A DNA stretch of 45,038 nucleotides from positions 1 through 45,038 of the forward strand of contig JADHXV010000001.1 of NCBI GenBank assembly GCA_016782785.1, read 5' to 3'. The notes below the pieces were generated by a model. The model was given only the letters and a program-made list of their open reading frames with translations, was not told the DNA's origin and did no database searches. Numbering within the stretch: position 1 is the stretch's first letter; the number at the start of each line of letters is the position of its first letter. Below, in pieces: positions 33,086 through 41,630 of this stretch. Origin of the DNA: Planctomycetota bacterium. GTDB lineage: Bacteria; Planctomycetota; Phycisphaerae; FEN-1346. The translations under genes were made by a program, and so were the position numbers.

Positions 33086-34782
33086 GTTACCTCCTCCGGC
33101 TCCTCGGTCGCGGCCTGACGGGCGAGTTCACCGGGTACCTGAGCAAGTTCCTGCGGTCGCCCGGCGACGGGCCGCTGGAGGCGATCCAGGCTCAGGTCGA
33201 CGAGCATCCGCGCCGGCCCGACCTGCTGCTGGCGCTCGGGCTGAAACAGATGGAACTCGGCCGCTTGACGGCGGCGAGGCAGGCGCTGGAGCGGGCCATT
33301 CGGCTCGACGCGAACCTGGAAGATGCCCGCGTCGCCCTGGCGGCCGTCATGACCGACCTGGGCGACGCCGCCGGCGCCGTGAAAGTCCTGGCGGAGGCCG
33401 CCGGCCTCGCCACCCATCCCGCCACCGTCCAGTACGTCATCGGGCAGATTCAGGAGCGCCGGGGCGACCCGGATGCGGCCGCCGAGGCGTATCGGTCGGC
33501 CCTGGCGGCCGAGGCGAACCACGTGGCGGCCCGGCAGCGGCTGGCGGCCCTGGAGGTCGTCACGGGAAACATCGACGCCGCCGCCCATCACTACGCGGTG
33601 CTCAAGCGCCTGGAGCCGGAGGATTTCGAGACGCGCTTGAACCTGGCCTCGCTGCACGCGCGCCGCGGCGACACCGAGGCTGCCGTCCGCGAGTACCAGG
33701 ACGCCATCATCATCGAGCCCGACAACTGGGAGGCCCGCAGCCGACTGGCCGACTGCCTGGAAGACGAGGGCATGACCGACGAGGCGCTGGCAGAGGTCCG
33801 GCGCATCCTCGACGCTCACCCCGATTACCCGGACATGCACTTCCGGGCGGCCCGCCTGCTGGTGGTGGCCGGAGACCTCCAGGCGGCCGACCATCACCTG
33901 GAGCAGGCCCTGGTGCTGAACCCGCGTTACCTCGACGCGCTGGTGCTTCGCGGCCAGGTGCTGGTGGAACTCGGCCGCAGCGACGAGGCCGTCGGGCACC
34001 TGGAGCGGGCCATCCGCATCAACGACGGGTACCTGGAGGCGTACGTCGGCCTGTCGGTGGCGTACCGCCAGATGGGCCGCCAGCGCGAGGCCGACGAGGT
34101 TGTCGAGATGGCGTGCGAGATTGCGCCGGGCTCGGAGCGCCTGTACCAGGCGATGTCGCACGTGCTCGTGCGGACGGCTCTGGCGGCGGCGCTGGGGCAG
34201 GCCCTGGACGTGCCGGCCGCTCGTTTGGAGCCGGTCGTCGAAGACCTGCGGCCGGAGGAGGTGCTCCAGGCGGAACTTCGCGCCCACGGCGACGCGGTCC
34301 ACCAGCACCCGGATTTCCCGGACTATCGGTACCGCTACGGGTTGCTCCTGAAGAGCGCCGGGCGGTGCGATGATGCGATGGAGCAGTTCCGCGCCGCAGT
34401 GGGGCTCAACCCGACGTACGTGCGGGCCCTGGTCAAACTGGGCCTGACGGCGTGGGAACTGGGCCGCTTGGACGAGGCCGCCGAATCCCTCCAGCAGGCC
34501 ATCCACATCGAACCGGAGTACGTTGACCTGCACTATCGACTGGGCCTCGTGTACGCCGACCGGGGCCTGTGGCCGATGGCGGTCGAACAATACCGCAAGG
34601 CCCTTGCGCGCAAGCGGGACGAAGAGGCCGTCGAGGCCAGCCTGGCGCTGGCGCTCGAGAACATGGGCCTCGTGGGCGAGGACGGTCCGGAGTTCGAGGA
34701 ATCGGCGGCCGCCGGGGTGGCGGCGGCGTCTCCGTCCGGGGAGCCGGGCGAGGCGCCCGCCGCCGACGGCGGGGTGGCTTGA
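33082..34782 (+). CDS. TPR repeat protein (about 566 aa)
   Basis: At least 10 TPR-like units (ALERAIRLDANLEDA, EYQDAIIIEPDNWEA, HLEQALVLNPRYLDA, SLQQAIHIEPEYVDL). GTG 33082 overlaps the upstream stop (GTGA). Confidence 0.75.
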   Translation: MSYLLRLLGRGLTGEFTGYLSKFLRSPGDGPLEAIQAQVDEHPRRPDLLLALGLKQMELGRLTAARQALERAIRLDANLEDARVALAAVMTDLGDAAGAVKVLAEAAGLATHPATVQYVIGQIQERRGDPDAAAEAYRSALAAEANHVAARQRLAALEVVTGNIDAAAHHYAVLKRLEPEDFETRLNLASLHARRGDTEAAVREYQDAIIIEPDNWEARSRLADCLEDEGMTDEALAEVRRILDAHPDYPDMHFRAARLLVVAGDLQAADHHLEQALVLNPRYLDALVLRGQVLVELGRSDEAVGHLERAIRINDGYLEAYVGLSVAYRQMGRQREADEVVEMACEIAPGSERLYQAMSHVLVRTALAAALGQALDVPAARLEPVVEDLRPEEVLQAELRAHGDAVHQHPDFPDYRYRYGLLLKSAGRCDDAMEQFRAAVGLNPTYVRALVKLGLTAWELGRLDEAAESLQQAIHIEPEYVDLHYRLGLVYADRGLWPMAVEQYRKALARKRDEEAVEASLALALENMGLVGEDGPEFEESAAAGVAAASPSGEPGEAPAADGGVA

Positions 34783-34846
34783 CACGCCGTGCTTACCTGT
34801 TTCTAATAGGTTATCGGCTACCCAGGCCCGACGCGACGCGGGCGGC

Positions 34847-36742
34847 ATGTCGCACCGACCCGGAGACACACGCCACCCGATGGCCCTCCGAACCACGTCA
34901 CCCCATGTGCCGCAGACCTTGCTCGAACGCGCCCGCCCGTACCTGGTGACGGCGCTGCTGCCGATCATCATCCTGGCGGCCGGGAGCCTGGTCCTGGAAT
35001 ACGGGTTCCGGGTGCCGCCCGAGGGCCGCGAGGTGCTCCACTGGATCGAGTGGGTGGCCCTGGCGGCCATGCTCGCCGACCCGGTGGTGCGGCTGGCCCT
35101 GGCGCGGGACCGGCTCCAGGTGCTGAAGTACCGCTGGTTCGAGTTCTCTCTGGCGGGCGCCTTCCTGGTGTTCCTGGGGGTCATGCATTGGAGCGAGACG
35201 CCTGAGCGTGCCGTCTGGCTGCTTCGAGGCGTGCACGTGACCATTGTGCTGAGCATCGTGGCGCGGCTGGTGGAGTTGCACCAGTTCCTGGCGATGATGA
35301 AGGTCCGGCCGGCCCTGCTGATCGTGGGGTCGTTCCTGACGGTCATCAGCATCGGGGCCGGCCTTCTGCTGCTGCCGGCCTCCACGGCGCCCGGCGAGCC
35401 GGCCACCACCTTCACCGATGCCGTGTTCACGGCCACCAGCGCCGTGTGCGTGACGGGGCTGGTTGTGGTCGACACGGGGACGCACTGGTCGCGCTTCGGG
35501 CAGTACGTGATCCTGGCGCTCATTCAACTGGGCGGCCTGGGCCTGATGACGTATGCATCTGTGTTTGCCTTGTTCATGTGGCGGGGCATGCGCATCCGCG
35601 AGGCGCTGGTGCTGCGGGAGGTGTTCACGCACGACCTGCGGGCCGAGATCGCCCGCCTGACGAAGTTCATCCTGCTGACGACCCTGGCCGCCGAGGCCGT
35701 CGGGGCGCTGCTGCTGTTCAACCTCTGGGACCACACGGCCGCGGGCGGGCCGGTGCCCTTGGGCGAGCGCGTCTTCTACAGCGTCTTCCACAGCATCTCG
35801 GCGTTCTGCAATGCAGGCTTCTGCATGTATGCGGACAGCCTCATCACGTACCGGTCGACGTGGCAGGTGAACCTGCTGTTCCCGGTGCTGATTATTTCGG
35901 GCGGCATCGGGTTTGCCGTCCTCTTCAATCTGGCGCGAATGGTGCGGCACAGGGTGCTCGGGCGGCGAGGGACGCCCCTGGTGAAGCGGCGCATGACGCT
36001 CCAGGCGAAACTGGCGGTCACGATGACGGTCGTCCTGCTCGTCGGCGGGACGGTGGTGGCCCTATCGCTCGAGACGCTCCACGGCCACGAAGAGGGCTGG
36101 CGCCGGACGGCGGTCGCGCCGGACGAGCCGCCGCCCCCGGCCGCGCACGAGTCGCCCCTGGGCGCCGGGTGGCTCGAGCGGGCCAGCGGCGCGTGGTTCC
36201 TGGCGACCACGGCGCGCACCGCCGGGTTCAACACGACCGACACGACGCAGTTGGCCCCCCCCGCGAAGTTCCTGACGGTGGTGCTGATGTTCATCGGCGC
36301 GTCGCCCGGGTCGACGGGCGGCGGCATCAAGACCGTGACCGTGGCGGTGGTGCTGTGCGGCGTGTGGGCGGCCTTGCGGGGACGCGGGTCGGTCCAGGTG
36401 TTCAAGCGGCAGATTCCGCCCGATACGGTCCGCCGGGCGCTGGCGATCCTGGCGGTCGGCGTGGCGTGGGTGGCGATGACCACGACCGCGCTGGCGGCCT
36501 GGGGCGTCCGCGACGGCGCCGACTTTGCCTTCCTCGACGCCCTGTTCGAGACGCAGTCGGCCTTCGCCACGGTCGGGCTCTCGACCGGCCTGACGCCGCT
36601 GCTGAACACGTTCGGCCGGCTGCTCTTGTGCGCGGCGATGTTCGTCGGCCGCATCGGCCTGCTGACCTTGTTCGTGGCGATGCAGTTCAGGATGCACCCG
36701 GTGCGGTACGAGTACGCCAGGGAAAATGTGGCGATATCGTAA
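34847..36742 (+). CDS. trkH: TrkH/KtrB-family K+ transporter membrane subunit with an N-terminal extension of about 150 aa and 4 TM helices
   Basis: Pore-loop motifs TATSAVCVTGL, SAFCNAGF, TARTAGFNT and SAFATVGLSTG, one per MPM repeat. The first roughly 150 aa contain four extra hydrophobic helices. Confidence 0.85.
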   Translation: MSHRPGDTRHPMALRTTSPHVPQTLLERARPYLVTALLPIIILAAGSLVLEYGFRVPPEGREVLHWIEWVALAAMLADPVVRLALARDRLQVLKYRWFEFSLAGAFLVFLGVMHWSETPERAVWLLRGVHVTIVLSIVARLVELHQFLAMMKVRPALLIVGSFLTVISIGAGLLLLPASTAPGEPATTFTDAVFTATSAVCVTGLVVVDTGTHWSRFGQYVILALIQLGGLGLMTYASVFALFMWRGMRIREALVLREVFTHDLRAEIARLTKFILLTTLAAEAVGALLLFNLWDHTAAGGPVPLGERVFYSVFHSISAFCNAGFCMYADSLITYRSTWQVNLLFPVLIISGGIGFAVLFNLARMVRHRVLGRRGTPLVKRRMTLQAKLAVTMTVVLLVGGTVVALSLETLHGHEEGWRRTAVAPDEPPPPAAHESPLGAGWLERASGAWFLATTARTAGFNTTDTTQLAPPAKFLTVVLMFIGASPGSTGGGIKTVTVAVVLCGVWAALRGRGSVQVFKRQIPPDTVRRALAILAVGVAWVAMTTTALAAWGVRDGADFAFLDALFETQSAFATVGLSTGLTPLLNTFGRLLLCAAMFVGRIGLLTLFVAMQFRMHPVRYEYARENVAIS

Positions 36743-36826
36743 GGCTGGAACCACAATGACGAATGACGGAGGGAGCGGACCGGCGGTCAGGATGGGCGAT
36801 GCGCCGGCCGACGGGAGGGCGGACAG

Positions 36827-37528
36827 ATGAAACGATTTCTCGTTATCGGCCTTGGGCGGTTCGGACGCCGTCTGGCCCAGGCGCTGACGAAGGCGGGCCA
36901 GGAGGTCATCGCCGTCGACGTTGATCAGGACCTCGTCGAACGCATGCGCGACGAGGTGGCGCTGGCCGTTCGACTCGACGCCACCGAGGCCGAGCCCCTC
37001 CAGAGCCAGGACTTCGGCGACGTCGACGCCGCCATCGTCTCCATTGGCGAGGACTTCGAGGCCAACGTCCTGGCCACCACCACCCTCAAGGCCATGGGCG
37101 TGCCGCGCGTCATCAGCCGGGCCTCCACGGAAATCCAGCGGCGCATCCTGACGAGCGTCGGCGCCGACGACGTCATCCTGCCGGAAGAGGAAGTGGCCGA
37201 CCGCCTCGCCAGCCAACTCGTCAACCCGAACATCGTCGAGGCCCTGACGCTGTCCGAGGGCCACAGCCTTGTCCAGATTAAGGCTCCCAAGGCCTGGCAC
37301 GACAAGACGCTGGGCGACATCGACCTCAGGCGCAAGTACGAGGTGAACCTGGTGGCCATCCGTCGGCCGGTCGAGCCGTCGGAGAAGGAAGGCGGCAAGA
37401 GTGGTTCCAAGGCCTCGCCGCCCGAGGAGCAGGTCCTGGACCTGCCTATGGCCCACACCCTCATCCGAGAGGGCGATATCCTCGTCCTGGTCGGCGAGAC
37501 CGAGAGCCTCCAGAACCTGCCGGCCTGA
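36827..37528 (+). CDS. trkA: TrkA/KtrA-type RCK regulatory subunit (TrkA-N + TrkA-C)
   Basis: MKRFLVIGLGRFGRRLAQAL Rossmann GxGxxG and a C-terminal TrkA-C region (GDILVLVGETESL). Confidence 0.9.
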   Translation: MKRFLVIGLGRFGRRLAQALTKAGQEVIAVDVDQDLVERMRDEVALAVRLDATEAEPLQSQDFGDVDAAIVSIGEDFEANVLATTTLKAMGVPRVISRASTEIQRRILTSVGADDVILPEEEVADRLASQLVNPNIVEALTLSEGHSLVQIKAPKAWHDKTLGDIDLRRKYEVNLVAIRRPVEPSEKEGGKSGSKASPPEEQVLDLPMAHTLIREGDILVLVGETESLQNLPA

Positions 37529-37555
37529 ACGAAGCGGGTTGCGTTGGCGCGCCTT

Positions 37556-37635
37556 CCGCGCGGTGGGTCTCCGTACCCACCGCGCGGTGCGGGGATGATG
37601 GTGCTAGTGCGCGGCGGGTGCGGAGACCCGCCGCG
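37556..37635. repeat. Inverted pair of REP-B palindromes (37556-37585 and 37608-37635) between convergent trkA and rpiB
   Basis: cgcgcggtgggtctccgtacccaccgcgcg, then 22 nt, then gcgcggcgggtgcggagacccgccgcgc. The second is identical to 6485-6512. This is likely a bidirectional terminator or REP site. Confidence 0.8.
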
Positions 37636-37651
37636 CGAAAATGAATGGCCG

Positions 37652-38173
37652 TTACGTCGCCGGCTTGCGGGCGGCGCGTTCCTGGCGGCGCTTGCGGACC
37701 TTCTCGGCGGCGGCCTCGTCCACCTGGGTGCAGAGGTGCCGTTCGGCGGCCATCATTTTCTTGACCCGGCGGGCATGCCGGCCGGCGTCGAACGGGGCCT
37801 GAAGCCACACGTCGATCATCCGCCGCATCAGTTCCTCGCCCAGGAGGTCCGCCGGCAGCGAGAGGATGTTGGCGTCGTTGTGGCGTCGGCTCATTTCGGC
37901 GGTCAGTTCGTCATGGCAGAGCGCGGCCCGAATGCCCGCCACCTTGTTCGCCACGATTGTCATGCCGATGCCCGACCCGCACAGCAGAATGCCCCGGTCC
38001 GCCTGGCCGCGCGTCACCCTCAGGCAGACCGGCACGGCAAAGTCGGGGTAGTCGCACGCCCGGTCGGAAATGCAGCCGCAGTCGATCACGCCGTGGCCCA
38101 GGCCCGCCAGAAAATCCTTCAGGCGTTCCTTGATATGATAGCCCCGATGATCTGCGCCGAGCGCGATCTTCAT
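37652..38173 (-). CDS. rpiB: Ribose-5-phosphate isomerase B (RpiB/LacAB family) with a basic C-terminal tail
   Basis: MKIALGADHRGY, ILLCGSGIGMTIVANK and RRHNDANILSL. Its ATG overlaps the upstream gene stop (ATGA on the minus strand at 38173). Confidence 0.9.
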   Translation of the reverse strand: MKIALGADHRGYHIKERLKDFLAGLGHGVIDCGCISDRACDYPDFAVPVCLRVTRGQADRGILLCGSGIGMTIVANKVAGIRAALCHDELTAEMSRRHNDANILSLPADLLGEELMRRMIDVWLQAPFDAGRHARRVKKMMAAERHLCTQVDEAAAEKVRKRRQERAARKPAT

Positions 38174-39288
38174 CACATGACCTCCCGCAGGCGTTCCGCC
38201 AGGGCCTCCTCCAGGCGGCGGGCGCAGGCCCGGTACGTGTCAAGGCTGCCGCCGATCGGGTCAGCGACGTCGTCGCCCGACGGGTCGACCAGGGCGACGC
38301 GGTCGGCGGCCTCGGGTGCCAATCGCTCGGTCTCGCGCTGGTGCCCCCGCGTCATTACCCAAATATAGTCGGCGGCGCGAAGCGCGTCAACGGTCATCGG
38401 CTGCGACCGGTGGCCGCGGATGTCGATGCCGCGCTCAGCCATCGCCTGGACGGCATGGGCGCTGGCGCCCGACCCTCTCACGGCGCCCGTGCCGGCGCTC
38501 GTCACGTCGATGCCGCGGTCCGTCATGTCCTGGACCCGGCACCCGAGCCGCTCGGCCAGCAGGTGCCGGGCCAGCCCCGCTGCCATCGGGCTCCGGCACA
38601 GGTTCCCCGTGCAGATGAACACGATCGACGTCCGCACCAGCCGGTCGATCCGGTGGGCGGTGACATAACCCTCGCGCAGGACCTCGTGCCGGCCGTCCGC
38701 GTGGACCCGGACGACGGTCGACGCCTCCGCGAACCGTGCGGGGCCGGCGTCGACGACGAGCGGCACGCGGCCCCGGAGGTCCGCCAAGGCGTCGGCGGCG
38801 GTCCGCGGCGGAGGATGACCGCGCACGTTCGCGCTCGTGGCCACCACCGGCACGCCGGCCGACCGCAGAATGGCCGTCGCCACCGCATGGTCCGGGCACC
38901 GGAGTCCCACCGTGCCGTCCTGGTACACCGCCTCTTCGACCAGGTTCGCCGGAGCGTCGCGCGTGGGCCGGCGGTCCGGGACGACGAGCGTCAGCGGCCC
39001 CGGCCAGACCTTGCGCACGAGCCGCGCGGCCGGGGCCGGGAGCGGCCCGGCGTAGGTCTCGGCCTCCGCCGGGTCGGCCAGGTGGAGCGTGAACGGCTTG
39101 CCGGGCCCGCGGTCCTTCAGGCGGCTGAGGGCGTCGATCGCTTCGGCATGGACGGCGCTTGCGCCCAGGCCGTAGACCGTCTCGGTCGGAAACACCAGAA
39201 GCCGGCCGTCCGCGAGGGCGGCGCCCGCCTCGGCAATCAGGGCGGCGTCCGACACGGGATCCGTGATGACGACCGTCCGGGTGTCCAT
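38173..39288 (-). CDS. Fusion protein: Sua5/YciO/YrdC/YwlC-type threonylcarbamoyl-AMP synthase domain + low-molecular-weight phosphotyrosine/arginine phosphatase domain
   Basis: The N-terminal part has LVFPTETVYGLGA, GKPFTLH and TSAN (YrdC fold). From about aa 219 (38173-38634), IVFICTGNLCRSPMAAG gives the CX5R(S) P-loop and VADPIGG the general-acid DP. It is a single 371-aa ORF. Confidence 0.85.
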   Translation of the reverse strand: MDTRTVVITDPVSDAALIAEAGAALADGRLLVFPTETVYGLGASAVHAEAIDALSRLKDRGPGKPFTLHLADPAEAETYAGPLPAPAARLVRKVWPGPLTLVVPDRRPTRDAPANLVEEAVYQDGTVGLRCPDHAVATAILRSAGVPVVATSANVRGHPPPRTAADALADLRGRVPLVVDAGPARFAEASTVVRVHADGRHEVLREGYVTAHRIDRLVRTSIVFICTGNLCRSPMAAGLARHLLAERLGCRVQDMTDRGIDVTSAGTGAVRGSGASAHAVQAMAERGIDIRGHRSQPMTVDALRAADYIWVMTRGHQRETERLAPEAADRVALVDPSGDDVADPIGGSLDTYRACARRLEEALAERLREVM

Positions 39289-39443
39289 CGGTCAGATTGG
39301 CCTCTTCGTAAGGCGCCCGGAGATGCCCAGCCCTGCCCGTTGCGATTAGACCGCTCCGCGAGGGCCAAGTCAAGGACCGGACGAAGTGGCACCGGCGCGC
39401 GCCGTCCGAGCCGCGACCGTGAGGGAGCGGGCACGGGCGAAAT

Positions 39444-39478
39444 CGGAAAGCGGAAAGCGGAAACCGGAAAGCGGAAGC
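39444..39478 (+). repeat. Five tandem 7-bp units (cggaaag cggaaag cggaaac cggaaag cggaagc)
   Basis: Read directly from the sequence, inside the 39289-39771 repeat mosaic. Confidence 0.85.
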
Positions 39479-39497
39479 ACGACAACAACGGCAACCA

Positions 39498-39529
39498 CAT
39501 TTAGCCGCCGGACTTGTCCGGCGCGTGTT
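39498..39529 (+). repeat. REP-C element copy 2
   Basis: 32/32 identical to 6428-6459. Confidence 0.9.
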
Positions 39530-39558
39530 GCTGCCCACGGGCCGAAGGCCTGCTTGGG

Positions 39559-39579
39559 CATTGAGCATTGGACATTGGG
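39559..39579 (-). repeat. Three tandem 7-bp units (cattgag cattgga cattggg), the inverted AATGNNN family
   Basis: The reverse complement gives (ccc)aatg (tcc)aatg (ctc)aatg, matching the AATG-phased heptamers at 10563-10604. Confidence 0.7.
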
Positions 39580-39649
39580 CGGCGGGGCTGGCATGCCGAG
39601 AGGTGTCAGGCACCTTTTCAAACAGCCAAAAAAATGCCAGACACCGAAC

Positions 39650-39692
39650 GGCGAGATTCTTCGTCGCCCTTCGGGCTCCTCAGAATGACAAT
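39650..39692 (-). repeat. REP-A element copy 3 (inverted)
   Basis: The reverse complement reads cattgtcattctgag-gagcccgaagggcgac-gaagaatctcgcc. Confidence 0.8.
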
Positions 39693-39704
39693 GCGCGCGG
39701 AGAA

Positions 39705-39749
39705 GCGCGGCAGGCGCGGCAGGCCCGGCAGGCGCGGCAAGCGCAAGGA
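39705..39749 (+). repeat. Five tandem 9-bp units (gcgcggcag gcgcggcag gcccggcag gcgcggcaa gcgcaagga)
   Basis: Read directly from the sequence. It lies just downstream (in transcription terms) of the stop of the HD-GYP response-regulator gene. Confidence 0.8.
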
Positions 39750-39771
39750 AGCACGCCGTGAGCCCGGCCGC

Positions 39772-41409
39772 TCAACGGTGGCTGTGGCGAATCTCGGCCA
39801 GCACGCCGACCGGAATGCACAGGAAGGCCTCGGCGGCGGCGGGGTCGAACTGCTGGCCGGCCAACCGCCGGATCTGCTCGCGGGCCTGGTCGATGTCCAG
39901 CGCGTCGCGGTACGGCCGGGGGCTGGTCATGGCGTCGAAGGCATCGGCGACGGCCAGGATGCGGGCCACCCGCGGAATCTCCTCGCCCGCCTTCATGCTC
40001 GGGTACCCCGTGCCGTCGTACGACTCGTGATGGGTCCGGATGATGTCGCCGACCTCGCCGAAGAAGTCGAGCGGTTTCAGGAAGTCGGCCGCCATGCCGG
40101 GATGCCGGCGGACCAGGTCCCACTGAAGATCGTTCAACGGGCCGGGATGGTTGACCACCGAGTCGGGCATGCCCAGCCGGCCGATGTCGTGCAGGCGGGT
40201 GGCGATCTGAAGCGCCCCGATTTGCGCCTGCGCCAACTCCAGCGCCGCGCCGATAGGCATGGCGTACGCCAGCACCCGGGCCGAATGGCCTTTCAGGTAC
40301 TCTTCGCGGCGTTCGACGCAGTCGGCAATGGCCTCGAGGGACGCGTAAATCTGGCACCGCTGCCGGTGATGCGCCTTGGCTGTCCGGATGGCCGGGGCCA
40401 TGATCCGGGCGAGGTCGGCCACGGTCTTGACGTCGCCGGCGGCGAAGGCCCCGTCCTCCTCGGCGCGCTCCAGCACCACCGCGCCGACCGTCAGGCCCTG
40501 GAGAGGCACCGGGACGACCAGCAGCCGGCCGTCGCGCCACAACTCGCGTTCCTGGTCGTCCAGCAGGTTGCTTTCGCCGATGCATTCGACGTGGACGGCC
40601 TTGCCGGTCTGAGCGGCCCGGCACATGACGCCGGCCGAGATGGGCTCGCGGAGCCACGAAAGGGCGGGGGCGTCGTCGCTGTCGGGCCGGGCCCGGACCA
40701 TCAGGCCGATGGCCTGCTCGGTCGGTTCGTACAGGGCGACCGTACAGGTGCGGCACGGCACGCGGTCGCCGACCAGTTCGGCGCACAGGCCGAGCAGGTC
40801 TTCCAGTTCGATGATGCCCATGAGCGTCTGGGCCACGTCGGCGCGGGTGGCCAGTTCGTCCAGTTGACGGGCCATGCGGCGGGCCGAGAGGACGAGGTCG
40901 TGGCTGGCGATGTCAAGTTTCTGCTGCACCTGGGCGTTGGCGGTTTCGAGTTGCGTCTTCGCCTGCGCCAGTTCCGCGAACCGCGTGTCGCGCTCGTCCA
41001 TCTGCCGGTGCGCCGCCAGGGCGCGGCCGACGGCTGCCTTCATCGCCTTGAGGTCGAACGGTTTCTCGAGGAAATCGTCGAAGCCGCGGCGAAGCGCCTC
41101 GCCCGAGTTCGCCACCGTGCCGCAACCGGTGATTGCAATCAGCGCCAGGTGCTCGTTGGCCGACCGGGCCTGTTCGGCCAGGTTCAGGCCGTCGACGTCG
41201 GGCATGACGAGGTCGGTGATGAGGCAGTCGAAAGCCGCCTCGCTCAGCCGCTCGAGCGCCCGCGACGAGTCGGCCTCGGCCTCGGCGTACCACGACGGTT
41301 CGGCGCCCTGGAGGGCCTCGGCGATGAGGGCGGCGATCTCGGGCTCGTCGTCCACGACCAGGATGCGGATCTCTTGCTGGGCCTCGAGCACGTCGGCAAC
41401 TGGACTCAT
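39772..41409 (-). CDS. Response regulator with REC - coiled coil - GAF - HD-GYP (putative c-di-GMP phosphodiesterase) architecture
   Basis: IRILVVDDEPEIAALI...DCLITDLVMPDVDG (REC), a central GAF-like region, then HD-GYP motifs (HSARV, RLHDIGRL, HHESYDGTGYP). Confidence 0.85.
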   Translation of the reverse strand: MSPVADVLEAQQEIRILVVDDEPEIAALIAEALQGAEPSWYAEAEADSSRALERLSEAAFDCLITDLVMPDVDGLNLAEQARSANEHLALIAITGCGTVANSGEALRRGFDDFLEKPFDLKAMKAAVGRALAAHRQMDERDTRFAELAQAKTQLETANAQVQQKLDIASHDLVLSARRMARQLDELATRADVAQTLMGIIELEDLLGLCAELVGDRVPCRTCTVALYEPTEQAIGLMVRARPDSDDAPALSWLREPISAGVMCRAAQTGKAVHVECIGESNLLDDQERELWRDGRLLVVPVPLQGLTVGAVVLERAEEDGAFAAGDVKTVADLARIMAPAIRTAKAHHRQRCQIYASLEAIADCVERREEYLKGHSARVLAYAMPIGAALELAQAQIGALQIATRLHDIGRLGMPDSVVNHPGPLNDLQWDLVRRHPGMAADFLKPLDFFGEVGDIIRTHHESYDGTGYPSMKAGEEIPRVARILAVADAFDAMTSPRPYRDALDIDQAREQIRRLAGQQFDPAAAEAFLCIPVGVLAEIRHSHR

Positions 41410-41630
41410 CGGTTCCCTTTCCCCTTCGTCGCGACCGGGTACGTTAAGGGGGCCGGCCGACGGCTGCGGGTCGACCGGCCCCCGTCGTTGGTAAGGTCAC
41501 GGCAAGGGCTAGCCGCGAGAGCGAGGGGGGAGGGAGAAGGCATCGCACCTCGCCGTGACCGTTCGTCTATCGGAATGTCGGCCCATAACGGCGACGGCCG
41601 ACAGGCTTCCGGGTCGTCTCCTTCTTCGCG

